A stretch of DNA of 64,000 nucleotides from Basidiobolus meristosporus CBS 931.73 (GCA_002104905.1 MCFE01000190.1:73089-137088), one strand, 5' to 3'. Numbered from the stretch's first letter, positions 21,118-34,709 are shown. Numbers and translations: made by a program. Notes: generated from the letters alone by a model not told the origin.

Positions 21118-22518
21118 TCACGCGATGGATTTTCTTCGCATATAGTTTTGCACAAAATCCGGAAATACATTATCGTAGAGTAATGAAAGAATTTGATCTT
21201 TGGCATCGTCGAAAATCTCCCATTTGATGTGACCTTCCTGTATTTGTCGGAATATAGAGGTATGGACGTTGCTAGAGATATTGACTTCTAGTAAAGCGCC
21301 AGTTTGGATGTATGTGCGATAGAATTTCAAAAACCGAACGTGTAAATCATCTGGAACCTGCTCCTTGTCCGTGTACTTCCGTATCGTCACGCCAATACCA
21401 ATATGGGCAGGGGTTATGGCTGGTGGGCGGGATTTAAATATCGATATCGGCTTGGTTGATACCAAGGGTGTGTCAAAGCTGCTACTTTTCGTGCCGGATT
21501 GTGCGGTCATAATGCAATATTGCTTCAACAGTTGGAAATCGTCTATGAAGCAAGTATTTTCACTGCACAAGTATCTCGCAGCAAAGCTTCGGAAGTGATG
21601 TAGCATTTCGGGGTTTTCAAATATCCTATGGAAATGCTCAGAGTCATAAGCAGCAATACTTCTCAATTTTCGGGCCCGGTATGCCAAGCTAATCAGCGGA
21701 AATCCCACGGTATTCAGATGTGAGAGTAGCATGAATAGTGTTATAAAATAGTAGCTAGAGAAGGAGGAGTTTAGCTGTTCCTTTAGGACCAGTGTCCATA
21801 CGAAATACATGGGATAAATCAATAAACCTAGAAATACACAGGTAATGAGCTCGTTACGAAGACCATATGCGTCTTTCACGTTCCAAAAGAAATATATCAC
21901 CAGTGGGCAGCAGATAAACAGGAATAATCCGGTCATACCAAAGAATGGAAAGTAATGCCAGCCAAAGCCACATAAGGTATATTCGTCAAAGCCAGGCTCC
22001 AACATTCGGACCAGTTGCATTACCGAGATAGCAGCTATCATGATAAAGATAAAGAGTGCCACTAGAAAGGTTAACTTTTTATCAGTCACCCTCTCTTTGT
22101 TGTAGGCCTGGCGTGAGATATGCGAATGCCGATATGTTTCATGCTCCATCAATTCAAAGGAGTTCTTATCATCGATGAAAGTATCCTGGAGCTGGCCGTG
22201 TACTTTAGCTGTGTTGAATTTAACGACTACAAGAAGTTGTATCCCACGCGCCATAAAAGGCAGAAAGTATAAAGCTGAGCCAAGATAAGTTCCCCAGAGC
22301 ACAAAAGTGCAGGAGAAATCCATCCAGAAGATGAGTCGACAATAATACGCACCGGATATAATCAAGTTTCCAATCGCTCCGAGAAGGATAAGTCTGTGTG
22401 GTCGATGATTGAACTTGTGGCGATTGTAGAGGAAAAGTATAGTAGTAACGATGACAATCGTGAAGTGGAGAACTAGTGCTACACAGGCCAAATTTTGGCC
22501 CAGGGTTTGAAACACCAT
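21118..22518 (-). CDS. 7TM-RGS protein (seven TM helices plus a C-terminal RGS domain), about 466 aa, single exon
   Basis: Seven hydrophobic stretches, then an RGS fold: FHRIFENPEMLHHFRSFAARYLCSENTCFIDDF...FYRTYIQTGALLEVNISS...IFDDAKDQILSLLYDNVFPDF. Start placed at the ATG at 22518 (MVFQ); the track start at 22569 is TTG/GTG-based. Confidence 0.85.
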   Translation of the reverse strand: MVFQTLGQNLACVALVLHFTIVIVTTILFLYNRHKFNHRPHRLILLGAIGNLIISGAYYCRLIFWMDFSCTFVLWGTYLGSALYFLPFMARGIQLLVVVKFNTAKVHGQLQDTFIDDKNSFELMEHETYRHSHISRQAYNKERVTDKKLTFLVALFIFIMIAAISVMQLVRMLEPGFDEYTLCGFGWHYFPFFGMTGLFLFICCPLVIYFFWNVKDAYGLRNELITCVFLGLLIYPMYFVWTLVLKEQLNSSFSSYYFITLFMLLSHLNTVGFPLISLAYRARKLRSIAAYDSEHFHRIFENPEMLHHFRSFAARYLCSENTCFIDDFQLLKQYCIMTAQSGTKSSSFDTPLVSTKPISIFKSRPPAITPAHIGIGVTIRKYTDKEQVPDDLHVRFLKFYRTYIQTGALLEVNISSNVHTSIFRQIQEGHIKWEIFDDAKDQILSLLYDNVFPDFVQNYMRRKSIA

Positions 22519-25170
22519 TTTCGGGGACCGGCGAGTGTGGACAGTAGAATCGGCTTTAAATAATATCAAGATAGTTATGAAGAGTGGCCCTGGATATTCG
22601 TATTTTTCTTTACGGGCGAGCCAGAGAAAGGTTTCAAGTCATGGAGTCAAAGTCTAATAGCTACCGGTCAGAGTGAAGGGTGAAAACAATCGAGCAATAC
22701 TGACAGGGAGGATTTGAAAGGCCTTATATCTTTGGCACCAAGAATGCGGCTACCTGCAGCTATGCGCAATTGTCTTGATTCGCTTACTCAATATGGGAAT
22801 GGATATATAGGATTGAGCAGTAAAAAAGGAGAGCTTAGATCGAAAACTTTGGGTGGTCGATTCAGGCTAATGAGAGGAGGCTGCCTATTTGAACCCTAAT
22901 GGGATTCTAATAACGGCGATGAGATCCTCTTGGTTCTATACGATTCATTAAAGCACTCAATGACCATTTATGTGAGTACTACTTGACTATCCCTTGGGAG
23001 TTATACGCACACAGCGACGCCTGGATATAACGCAAATCTTCCACTCAGATCGCGCAAAGTTCAATGTGACCTTTTTATATTGCATTATGTAGCTTAGCAC
23101 TTCAAAGGTGAAAATTTTGCCAGCCAACTACAAATGTCAACCAGTTGTGTAACTTGGGCTCAATTTTTTTATTTCAACAGGATCTCAAGGCGAAGTTAAT
23201 TTTAATTGAGGAGATAGGCACCAGAGCGTACATGCAATCGACACTTCCAAATGTGGGCTTTGTTTGTTGTTATTGAGTATGATTTTCAAAGGAGTCATCA
23301 GATTCATATATGGGACATACGCTGCTGTGACTACATCAGTAAGGGTAATGCCGATACTATCAGGAGGCTGTTCCAAACTACAAATTCTCATGTCTATGGA
23401 TGTGAAGCAGCTGTACCGCAGATGTGTGGATACCTGCAGCACTTGGAGAAGGCTTGCATTAATGTACCGTCAAGTTAAAGATATGCATTTCAAGTATTAC
23501 ATTTATGCTCCGCTCAAGTTAAAATGGAGTTTGCTTGCAAAGAGGCCCGTGGTGTAGGCCCTACTTAATTTGGCAATACCTTGCTCATGGTCCTGCCTTA
23601 TCCTACATAAAAAACGCAGAACAAAAACAATACGTTTCATCCTTGTAGTCAGAGATCCTTGCTCAAATATTGCTGAGCCGGAATAAAGCATGGTGCCAAC
23701 TTCAAGAAGCCAGACCTAACACATTTCTACTAGGAAAGCCCATGTAACTGATTTATTCACAGTTGAGGCTGTGGCCAAGTATTAGTTTCAACTCGACCTC
23801 TCTTTTGAATACAAACGAATAATTGATCTATATCTACACAACGCTTATTGCATTCTACTCAAGTTTATCAGTTTTGTGCATTGTTATGCTTGACTTGATC
23901 GATTTATAAAGAATCTTAAGTTGTCAACTTCGGATTTTTAAGGGCCCAACAGCGGATGGTGGATAGTTGCAGAAGATTGTCAGGTAAAGAGTGAATCAGA
24001 ATATAGCTCTTAAACATATTGTCTATCCCATATAGTTTAACATACCTCGATGTTATGGTTTGGCCAATTGAGTCCAGCGGATCCCCCTCCATATAAAGCA
24101 ATACGTCGCAAAATTGCATAGCATTCTAGAAACGAAAACTTTTAGGGGTTTCCGTTGTAGCACCTGCTTCTGATTTCTTATTATGAGCATTGAGAGCCTA
24201 CAGTAGCCTAGACGCAATAAACCGTTGGAGATAGTACAACGATGCAACTAATCCGTACTGCATGGGGATAATATTTATGCGTAGCATGATTTTAACTAAT
24301 GCGACAAAGCTAGCTGTCAGTGAAGTCACCTCTTGGCACAGAGCAGCTGCATGTATTAAAAGGTGGGGCACACTGTACATTATTTTTAGAGGTGGGTGTA
24401 GCTTGTGTAGGCCGGATAGAGAGCACTGGGAAAGGTTTGTATGCATCGGAAGCATTCCATATCGGCAGTACAGACGGCACAAGAATCTTGTTCAAATCAT
24501 TTCATCAGTCTAAAGCTTAGGAGGAATATCAGCAGAGCTGTATTTCATATTAGAACGTTGGCTAAAGCATAAATGCTGTCTATTCATATACATATGCGTA
24601 TGCTCTATAGCATCGTCCTCGATATCCAAACCCCCTTCATCAGGAATAAGCATACCAACATGCGTAGATGAATGGCTCGGGGCAAGCAGTTATACCCACT
24701 AATGATTTCGCAAATTACTCAAACCTATGAAGGCATTTAAACGCCCAAGTTGACTATATCGTTTATCTTCATCCGACCTAGATCAAGTTACTGATTACTT
24801 GCTTTCTTGCATTTCGATGCATATGGGATTGATACTTTATAGTACTACTATACTATCATTCATGTTAATGACAACCACTTTGTCAAAACATATCTAGAAA
24901 GTTCCTTACAAAACAAATAATGCCACAATTATGCCTTCCAACTAGAACTCGTTATTCTTCATCATTATTCAAGTAGTTTCTAACCCATTCTGGACACGTA
25001 CATGTTGTACTAATATCATATACGCCATTAATTACTCATGTATCATACTTAATATAGGCACATCACTCTTAGTTTCTCATTCTACATTTTACCCCCTTAT
25101 CTTAATCTTTTTACTATCCGTTGCTCTGGAGTAATGTCAAGCCTACCGTAATCTTAAAGTTCCAAAATGC

Positions 25171-25519
25171 TGTTGCAAGATTCTAGGGAGTATTGGAAGT
25201 GGTTTGGAGAACTGGAAGAATTGCATGATACTCACTTGCTTTTTAATTGAGTTCAAATAAAGTATATACACTTTTGGGGAAGCTTTGTAAAATTGCTGAT
25301 GAAAATGTCTTAAGAAAGGTCTTAGGAAGCTGTGTGCAAAGTTTGGGGGCTTTTAGACGAGTTTGAAAATATTGGTAAATTCCAGACCTTCGCTAATTCC
25401 AAGAATTAGCCAATATCTTGCAAACTTCTTCTTAGGTAAAAAATTCATAACTTAGCAATAAGCTAAATAGAATCTTACGTTATATAAATGGTTTAGGTGT
25501 AAACTAAGTAATTACAACA
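25171..25519 (-). mobile_element. Old, strongly diverged solo LTR (349 bp) of the same copia family
   Basis: TGTTGCAAG...TTACAACA termini, the same length as LTR 61288-61636, and internal homology (gtattggaagtg, gtgcaaagtttgggggc). Flanks AATGC / TATGC fit a 5-bp TSD with one mismatch. Confidence 0.8.
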
Positions 25520-28026
25520 TATGCAATACTAATTTTTCACAAATATCATGATTAACGCTGCCAGTCACCATGGAAAAGATGCACTCGAAGGTGTATACAT
25601 ATCATTCATCTGACCCCTACCACTATGATATACATTGGATTTGTTCCAGCATTCCTATTGATCATAATGCCACAGTGTGCCATAGAGTGACATTGAATGC
25701 CAGATCAAGGTAAAATTGACCTGCATATGACCTCAATGTAATAAATTGATAAAATAGACAGCACTATCTGGCACCATGATCAATGGCACAATGGAACAAA
25801 TTTATTTCTTAATCTATGGGATTCAGTTATTACCAGTTGATTAACACAAACCCTCTGCCCAGTGCGTAGAGATTGCTATGAGAAGTACTTGAACGGAGTA
25901 TCGGAGAAAACACTGGGAAAATGTTACAAAATGGGGTTGTTACGTCTGTTTTAAAAAGAGCAAACTATCACAAAGAGAATACCGCGGAGATTTTATTCAT
26001 TTGATGAGGCCTAAATACTTCAAGTACAATCAGGCCCAAAGGTCCGATTGGGGTAATCTCTGCTGTTGATATAGTGGCAATACTCAATGCCCTAATAAAT
26101 TCTAGTCCATCAACATAGTCAAGAAGCAAGATAGTTTAAAAACAATCAGAGGACATTATATATCTCATAACCACTCCAGTAATCATAACACAATTACAAC
26201 ACATGGAATTCCTATGAAAGTTTGAAGCATGTTGAATTAGGGTCATATCTCCAAAAATGGCCATTCGTACAAGTCATAGGTTTTGATGAAGTTGTCTTAG
26301 TCGGGAGGCCAAACCTAGGTCATATGGATGGGTGTTTCTAGACGGTGGCCAGCGCCAAGAGTAACCCACTATTCGAGTCATTTCGTGCGAGTTGCTAATT
26401 TTGTATTTTGGCGGTATCCTACCGACAGTCGTGACACTGGATTCCCCTACTTGTCGGCGGGAGTTCTACTACACTCGGAAGTTCCTAATTCACTACACAC
26501 ATGGTGCACTTTTATTGCATATTGATTCTCCGAAAAGTATTTTAGATTCCTGTTGAAGAGCAGCCCACGGGAGAATGCATGCAAATCTCCGACGCCGGGC
26601 GAAATTGGATGGGGCTGAAACTGGAGGTCATATATATACATATTTTGTACATAGTTGTACGTTACATAAATCTATGAATATCTGCTGTCAATCAGACACG
26701 TTTTTGAAAGACCACAACGTGAATAACCGACCATATCAGAAACATGGCTTGTCTCTACTCATTACTCCATAGTCCTAGTCGGGTAGATGTACTGGGCCGC
26801 ATTCCAAGACTCATGCCTACACAAGTATCAAGGACTAGACGGGTCATCAAAAATCAGTGTTATTATAGACTTGGAATGTGTATAATGAAATCCTGGATTT
26901 AGGTGATTTCATCATGGAGAGAATATCCCAAGGTCTCAAGATGTGGGTGAATGATTTATTGATGTGGCTAATTCGCTGGAAAATCTATTCCGTATGACGT
27001 ATTCTCAATTGCCCATCCCATCTAGATTACAGATGCTATGTCCGATCGTCAATCAACATGGGCAAATCTGCATCTTCACTAGATTTGAGTGAACACTTGC
27101 CATACAATTGTGTCGCAGCCCCAGTAATCGCATAATTGAAGGATACCACAATCAATACGCAGCTTTGAAACCTTCCCAGTAAGTAACCCTCTACTCTCTG
27201 CGCCATGACGTTAAATCATAATCTGAGGCTGAAATTTCACACTGATATCGGCCAAGTGGCACATTAATGGTTGACCCAAAAATGTCTGCTCTATTATTTT
27301 ACCATGTTATCAGCCACATGCGTGATCGGGTGGCTTATTGAAAACTAAACTTGGTCATCTTAATGCTTCCATTTTTGAGACGGTCCGCTAAAGGTAACAT
27401 TGAAGCGGTACTCCACCCATCCAGTTACGTACATAATAAATGATGGGAGTTGGTACAATTTAATCAAACTCAACCGGCCTCTCGAGACACTTGCATGTTA
27501 GCCCCGCCCTCTAATAATTGGGTAATGGAACTCGATATGTATACACCACACGGCGAAATTTGGTATTCGCTGGTGGATGGTTAGGAGTTTTACCCGACGT
27601 GCGCGGTTAATCGTTTAATTCCAATATCTCCCGTCCAGTGAATGGCCAATCAAAGCCTATAGATTAAACCATAGTTAAAACGAGATTCGCATGGCAATTA
27701 AGGTTGCAACCTCGCCCATAATGAGTTCTCCATGCATAAAGCCCAACTAATACGCACTCATCAATGACGAAAACCCACCCATGCAGTTGACAGCTCATGA
27801 AATGGATTCACCTAAACGGCTTATGGCTGAGATCTTGGATAACCTTGGTGGCACAAAACCTAGGAATGCAAAAGTTGGTCACAGTAAATGAGCTCTGTCT
27901 CGATTGTAGGCGTTGTCGTCTGGAAACCAGAAAGTTCATTTGATAACGTTTTGTAGTTACTGTTGAATGTACGATTTTATTAGTGTATATCTACAAATGA
28001 AGTGCTTTGCTACAAGACAACATTAT

Positions 28027-28974
28027 CTAGTATTGAATGACGTGAGGAGCATGCTCGCTTTTAACTCCAGCGGAAAGGCTAGGTTCCCAATATGTTGGGT
28101 TGGTGAAATGGAACATCCCCTGTGGATTTAAAGTTTGCATGGCTAACAGCTTGGCTTTTGTGATGTTGCATTCTTTATGTGTCAGTAGCATAGCTTTCAG
28201 ATTCATATTTTGCTGGCGAAGTACTTCATTTTGCTGTATTAAAGCTTCATTTTCTTGAGACAGGTGGCCCACAATGGTCTGAAGGCTAGCAGTCCACTGC
28301 TTCTTCCGTTGACGACATTTCAATGCCGCCAGTCTATTTCTTTCTAAAAAGTCCTGACGCCTTTCTTCTAGGGACATTTCAGGTTTATGCTTCTTGGCGT
28401 TCTTGGAATCTTTGTTCTCACGACCATGCTTACGTGAGGATTTTTTGGCATCTTGATTGTCATCACTGGACTCCCCATCTGTCCGAAGCTCACTAGGAAG
28501 GCTTTCTGGGGTCAACGGGATGTTTTGGCTATAAGGGTCGGCGCAAACACCCGAATCCATTAAGTTTACCTCTGGCCAGCTAGGGAGCATGGGCATTCCA
28601 TTGTGTAGACTTACGGTAGGTGGACTGTACTTCGGACCATTGCCACATGGAGAATTATTGGCTTGTGGAAATGCGATGGAAGCAGGAAGAAGGAAGTTAG
28701 GCCTGGGGTCAGGATTAGAGATATTCCATCCATAGGGGCCGTGATCAGGATTACTACCAGGTGTAATGGGTGATTCTGAAAAAAAAACCGGTGAATCTAC
28801 TGCAAGCAGTGGATTCTCAGAGGCGCCCATGGAGGAGCCGTACTGGAGTGGTACTTTGGAACTGAGAGTTCGGTCAAGCTGCTTGGAGTTTACGCTAAAA
28901 GAAGCGGATGAAAAGCCCATTGCATTCTGTGGTGCTAATAGATCAATTGGCGCAAGCGAAGAGTTGGGATTCAT
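28027..28974 (-). CDS. ATF/CREB-type (Atf1/Atf21-like) bZIP transcription factor, 315 aa
   Basis: Basic region EERRQDFLERNRLAALKCRQRKKQW, followed by a leucine zipper ending LLTHKEC. SP/TP sites in the N-terminal region. Confidence 0.92.
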   Translation of the reverse strand: MNPNSSLAPIDLLAPQNAMGFSSASFSVNSKQLDRTLSSKVPLQYGSSMGASENPLLAVDSPVFFSESPITPGSNPDHGPYGWNISNPDPRPNFLLPASIAFPQANNSPCGNGPKYSPPTVSLHNGMPMLPSWPEVNLMDSGVCADPYSQNIPLTPESLPSELRTDGESSDDNQDAKKSSRKHGRENKDSKNAKKHKPEMSLEERRQDFLERNRLAALKCRQRKKQWTASLQTIVGHLSQENEALIQQNEVLRQQNMNLKAMLLTHKECNITKAKLLAMQTLNPQGMFHFTNPTYWEPSLSAGVKSEHAPHVIQY

Positions 28975-30645
28975 TGTGAAATCTAGTTTCTAGAGAAGCT
29001 CAGTGAACTATGGGACGACTTTTGGCCAAGAGTTTGAAGTTGTAGGAATCGCTGGATAGAAAACAGAATGATGATGATCCAAAACTAACCGCTGGCCATC
29101 TATTTATTTAAGTTTAGTGTGAAGAACGTTGACACGGATCACCACTAATATGGGCAAGCGATAGAGAATCAATGTCACCATATTTGGAACCAAAACCAGT
29201 ACATTCGGAAATATCCCAAGAATTCTGTAATCATGGTAGATCCATTTATTTTGGGCATTTCGACGAAGCTTTCAGAAAACTTAGAACTCAATGTGCAAAT
29301 ATTGTCAAGAATTCTCATCAAATACTTATCATCCAAGATATGTCGCTGTTTTGCGGAAACAGAAATTACCACCTCGATTTGGTAGATGCTGCTTTGAAAT
29401 GATGGCAAACCTCCAGATCCAAGTTCCATATTAAGTCAAGAAGTGAAACTCCCAGATTCTGGAAGCAGACTCGAGTCTTCCCTCTGACTGAAAAGCAAGC
29501 ATTGGCGAGAATCTATTGGCCCAGGGGCAAGCCACTAAGTGGATTTTGGCAAATATCACAACATTACTTGCAAGGATTGTTTTAGACTATGTGATTCTAT
29601 TTGATATGAAATTAAGACAATGATCGCCATTTAGTAAACTTGGGTTTTTGTAGGCCAGGGTAGATAAAAATGGAAGCATTCAAGGCAGTTCAAAAACTTT
29701 TGTTAAGGCAGCCGAGACCGGGGAAAATTTCCTTACTAATCTTTCTCTCTGGAGAGGCAGAAATTCATGGGCCATGTGCGGCACACACAAAGCTTATCAA
29801 TCAATAAGAATTAGGCCTGACTTTTGGCTATGGCATCGAATGTAACGGATTAGGTAAATCCGCAAGTGACCCTGCCATTCATTACATTATACATTTCTAT
29901 TCGTTATATTGATTGGCTTGCTGTCACCGATCTCCAATAGTAATGGTGCTTTGAGAATGAGGGTTTCTGCGGGACATGCCAAAATCTATGCTGCTAGTAC
30001 TGATTCTGCGGTAAATTTATCTTGCCAACCAATATCAATGTATTATTCATGGTGATAATTCTCCATCAAATAGCAAAGAATATTGCCAATCCTACTGTCT
30101 CCTGGTAAAGCTGAAACCCTGAATCGACAAGATCTAGATTCCCGGCCTCCGTTGTTATGTGCATCGCATTAATATGAGTCACCATCCAACACTCTGCAAA
30201 AAATTCACGTTCCAAAAGAGGATGTGAGAAACTCAAAGACCTCTACTGCCTAAGATTAGTATATCACATTCAAGTGCTAACAAAGCCTGGGCTATGCACA
30301 TATCCAATGATTGCATACGGAGTGTGATAATTCTATTAGTGGGCTCCGACAAATTATGGCTTGCCAACCCCACTTAAAATAGTAATGCTGAATGTGCCCA
30401 TATACGTATCGCACCCTAAGTTTTTTCCATTAGCGATAGCTGGGGCCTTTTTTTCTCGACGGATACAGTTGATATCGACAGTGAGCAATGTGGGATACCT
30501 TTTCTAAATATGCAGTAGAAAGTTCAAGAATAAGTGTACCAACAGTTTATCCATGGGAATAATTATACATGTAGTTTACACAGTTCACAGTTCACAGACA
30601 CTGACCGGCAGCGTGGCCAAGTTACGGATGACTTACGGATTCCCT

Positions 30646-31170
30646 CTAAATAGTAATGTACCATGCTACCACTCCTAGGCTAAACCCCAATATAAATAAC
30701 GAAGCTAGGGACATCATCCTGTTGTATGAGCGCCACCTTTTATCCAGCTTCGCTGTTGGTCCTCTGGGGTACATTGCACCTATCCACCAGCAGGGAAAGA
30801 ACAAGAACCCTATCAGAAAGAGGATACACCCTTGGGGAATCTTAACCGGTCCAAGCTCGATGTACTGCAACTCAATATCGCCAGTGAAATATACTGTACG
30901 CGATTCATGCACTAACGTAGTCCGATCTGTTTTATGAACAGCAAGCGGGGGTGCCACTATCGAGGGCATTTTACTTGGAAAAGGGATTTGGGCCGAGTGC
31001 CGAACAAAATCAGTCGTGATCTCATATTCCACAGAACCAGGACCGTAGGTGTGGGCCAAGGGTGGAGTTCGCCAGGTAGATAAACTTGATACGGACGAGT
31101 TGTTTGGAAGCAAGCTCGTTTCCGAACTAAGCATCGATGAAATACTAGGCAGCTTCTCACAATCAGACAT
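30646..31170 (-). CDS. Hypothetical small membrane protein with two C-terminal TM helices, 174 aa
   Basis: ATG start, Ser/Pro-rich N-terminus, LFLIGFLFFPCWWIGA helix, basic loop KRWRSYNR and a second TM helix at the C-terminus. No family is named with certainty. Confidence 0.7.
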   Translation of the reverse strand: MSDCEKLPSISSMLSSETSLLPNNSSVSSLSTWRTPPLAHTYGPGSVEYEITTDFVRHSAQIPFPSKMPSIVAPPLAVHKTDRTTLVHESRTVYFTGDIELQYIELGPVKIPQGCILFLIGFLFFPCWWIGAMYPRGPTAKLDKRWRSYNRMMSLASLFILGFSLGVVAWYITI

Positions 31171-31815
31171 TACTTCTTTTCAGCAGCAAAGAATGAGTTA
31201 CAGAGCTGAGGTGAAGGTGGCGGTTGTCGAATTTCAAGTCACATTCGCTCCTCAACTCGCTTTATCTAACCAACTGAAAGTGAAACAACTAATCATTATT
31301 TGATAATAATATTATTCCGAACTCGGGTCAATCAGGAAATAGAGTTTTAGTTTGATATCTCATAAGCCAGCAGAGGCCCGTTCAAGATTACAACAATATA
31401 TATTAACCCTGACCAACGAGTCTTTGTGGTAGTGGATTCACCAGAATATCATGTATAAAGCAGTGTTACATGGAAACGCATGTGCGATTGAAACAACAAA
31501 CCTTGATTTCCTCATATTAGCGGCGATCATGCTGTAATACATGTTTTGCTTATGCAATTTTGTTTGAAATATATATAACAGTCCCACAAATCCATTGAGG
31601 TGCCTTAGGTTTAGGCTGTATGAAATCTGTTATCACCGCTACCTATAAAGCCCTCAAATTCTCGTTTTTGTAGAACAATAAACATTCGTTAACCACAAAC
31701 TGTACATTGAAGTTCACGTTTCTCCCCAGGTTCCGTGAAATTTCAAAATAATCCGCGGTGGCAACTCGATCTTGAGGATAATTAAAAATGCTATAGTTTA
31801 TTCAAAACTGGTTGG

Positions 31816-32947
31816 TTAACAAGGAGCAAAAATTTTGTTCAATGCGTTAGCTAAGCGATACCCAGCCTTAACAATCTGAGTTTCAACGTAAGGGATGTGC
31901 TTTTCGTAATAAGCTTTACCAAGGTCAGCAGTTGGGTTAGCGTCGTAATCACCCCACATGGTACCACAGTTATAAGCATCTTCCTCGAAAGCCCAATTTC
32001 CAGGACAGATATTCCACTTGGCATATGGTTCATCAGAGGTACAATTCAACCAAGAGGTCTTCTCTTGGCTCCACTTGCCAGTGTTGAGCTCATCAACAAA
32101 GTAGTCAGCGTAGGTTTGGAAATCATTTTGGTGGGCAATTCCCATACGTTTGGTAATCATGGAAGTATCCCAAATGGCTTATAATAATAGTTAGTAAAGC
32201 CAAGCATAGCCACTTCATCAAAAAATACACCTACAGTGAAGATTGCTCGATTTTCCATCAAACTTGGCCTTAGCATCGTTGCCACCCTTCAAACGCCCAC
32301 AATCATGAAGAGGTTGAACAATATCTCCAAAGAAATGAACCAAGAACTTCAAAGCATCAGATTTCTGCTGAGTGTTTCCGTCGCGACCGTAGCATCCAAT
32401 CTGTTGAGTGAAATTACGGATTGCTCCAACGATACACTTTCCATCCGGGCAATCACGTTGCTCATCCCAACTGCAGCTCGCTAGAACGTAATCCATTGTT
32501 AAAGAGATTTTCATTATCCTCTGACAAAGAAAAATACGAACTTGGTGGGTTGTCCTTGGGGTTAACGAAATGTAGAGAGGAGGCCCAACTGTAACCACCT
32601 TGTCCCTTGATCTCATCTAGCGATTCGAAGGCAAGTTAGAGATGACACAGTCTCTGTTAGGTTGCAAAACTTACCAGCCCAAGTAGCAGCCTTGGTCAAA
32701 TCACCATTCCATGTGGAAGGTAACAGCAAAGACACTTGTTGCAATGTCTTGTTCGAAATTAATTCTTGGGCAACTGCACCAGTCAATCGATGCCCTATTT
32801 GTTTACGAAAGGGACGCATTAGTAAATTGCATTTGGAAAGCGGTCGAGTCAACGAAACTGAAGTAGTTTCATACCAAGTGATCCCCAAGCTTGAACCTGG
32901 GTGGCTGCGAGGGCTGAAAGGCAGAATGTAAAGGGAACAAGTCTCAT
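31816..32947 (-). CDS. Secreted S1/P1 nuclease, 291 aa. Exons 32875-32947, 32675-32794, 32542-32616, 32235-32480, 31816-32177
   Basis: Signal peptide MRLVPFTFCLSALAATQVQA, then mature WGSLGH. Zn-ligand motifs WAD, LHF, LVHFFGD, QPLH and LHSIWD, plus AGYRLA. Four GT-AG introns give an intact frame. Confidence 0.95.
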
Positions 32948-34709
32948 GATCTCCGAGGGATGGGTGAGTGCATTAGAGACGACCGTAAACATCGCTTATA
33001 TAGTGTATTCGATAGCACGACCCCGTGCATCTATCAACTCGTCTTTGATTAAGAGAGCTAGGTGATGCACGTTTTAGCGGAAACCAGTTTTCAACAGTTG
33101 ATCTCACCTAATAAAGAATCTCTCTCGGTCCCTAGAAACTGGCCGATTTCTCATCGACCAGTTTCTCAACTGCGAGAGGAGTATTGGTGCAGCCATCAAT
33201 AGAAATCCAGATACCCTCGTACTAAATGATTGTGGTTACCAAATTCTCGGGAGCATACATATGATAGGCCAAGTCATTGCTGTGCTTGAAGTCAAAGATT
33301 ACCTTTTAGTTCAGGATATGCACTATCACGAACACGTTCACTAGTATTGTATGTAATTGGAGTATCTCGACAATATTTTGATGCTCTACTGATCGATACA
33401 ATTTATTCCTGTGCACCAGTCATTCTCCCACCTTGACTAACTATAGGCGAAAAATTGTCAGTACAGTGAATTGATTTTTCAGTCGTAATACGTGTGAATT
33501 CCAGGTTTACCAGCCTCGATAGCTGGGTTCCCGTGTTGCATTACTCAAAACTGATTCGGGTCTTCTAGTCCTATGGCCTCCCTAAGACAAGGAAAGAAAC
33601 GGTTAGTGTGGTGACATTGGATTACGGGTGATTGTTTGTGTGATATAGAATTGCACCATGAGTCGTACACAAGAACAATAGACACTTTAAGAAGAAAAGC
33701 GGCGACTCTGGGTGAAACGAATCAGCTACTTAAGGCAATAGAGAGTCGGATCATAGTGTGAGAGTTCACTGGAAGACTCATACGAGGCATCATATATTGT
33801 CAAACTAAGCTGCTTGTCTTGTATTTCGTCGGACCGCAGGTTGGGACAGAATGCATATTGGTAACGGTACTATTACAAATCCCAATTGTGAGATTGATGT
33901 CAAACCACCCAATTTTCACCCGGTTGCCCTCCATCACTCTTAGCGTATCAATTTAGCACACCAATCGGGAAATATCGTAGGAGACCCATCGCCAATAATG
34001 TTCAAGATTTGTAAAGTCGAATGCGCTTCTATTTTTTGGAGGAAACAAAATCTATTGTATATGAATGAAATATCTGTCAATTCTTGGGCTAATGATGAAA
34101 TAAGCGGTTGCTATTGTATTACACATGGATAGTTTTATAGCCATGATAGGGTGAAATGTAGGTGTTCTTCTACCAATCCCTCAGGTTGTGCTTGTGTTGA
34201 AACCAGAATTTGAGCCTTTGAAGTAACTTGCAGAAAAGATGATGCAACCACTTAGTCTGGCACCTAGCTGCCCATGTTGTCATTTTTTGTGCTTTGTCAA
34301 AATCTCGGATATCAGTTTGGACTTGAAACTCATTTCAGATGCCCTTTATATTGACACTTCACAGTTACGGAAGTATTAAATATACTAATGGCTCTAAGTT
34401 CTAATCTGGCTTGCAAAATTTACTTTAAGTTACTTTATCTGCCACTGCAACTTTTGCGATTTTCAACACTACAATGTTTTGCATACATATCTAATGTATT
34501 ACCTTAAATAAGACACATTACTAGCACTATAAAGCTCTGAAGTTATCTTCCTTTCCTTTGATTAAAAAAGTCCACCTCAAATATAAGCACTTGAATAGTG
34601 AGTATCCTTCAGACCTCTAGTCCACTAATGTCTTTCATTTGATTTTAAAGGTACATTAAGTTTATTTCGAAATTCCCACAATGCAAGATAATCAAGTATG
34701 TATTCAATC

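Noticed and set aside
23185-24520. Tc1/mariner or cyclin remnants (LDVMVWP; SLYYLQRF)
   Set aside because: Only isolated short look-alikes. The neighbouring motifs (QDNA, SPDLNPIE, cyclin box helices) are absent.
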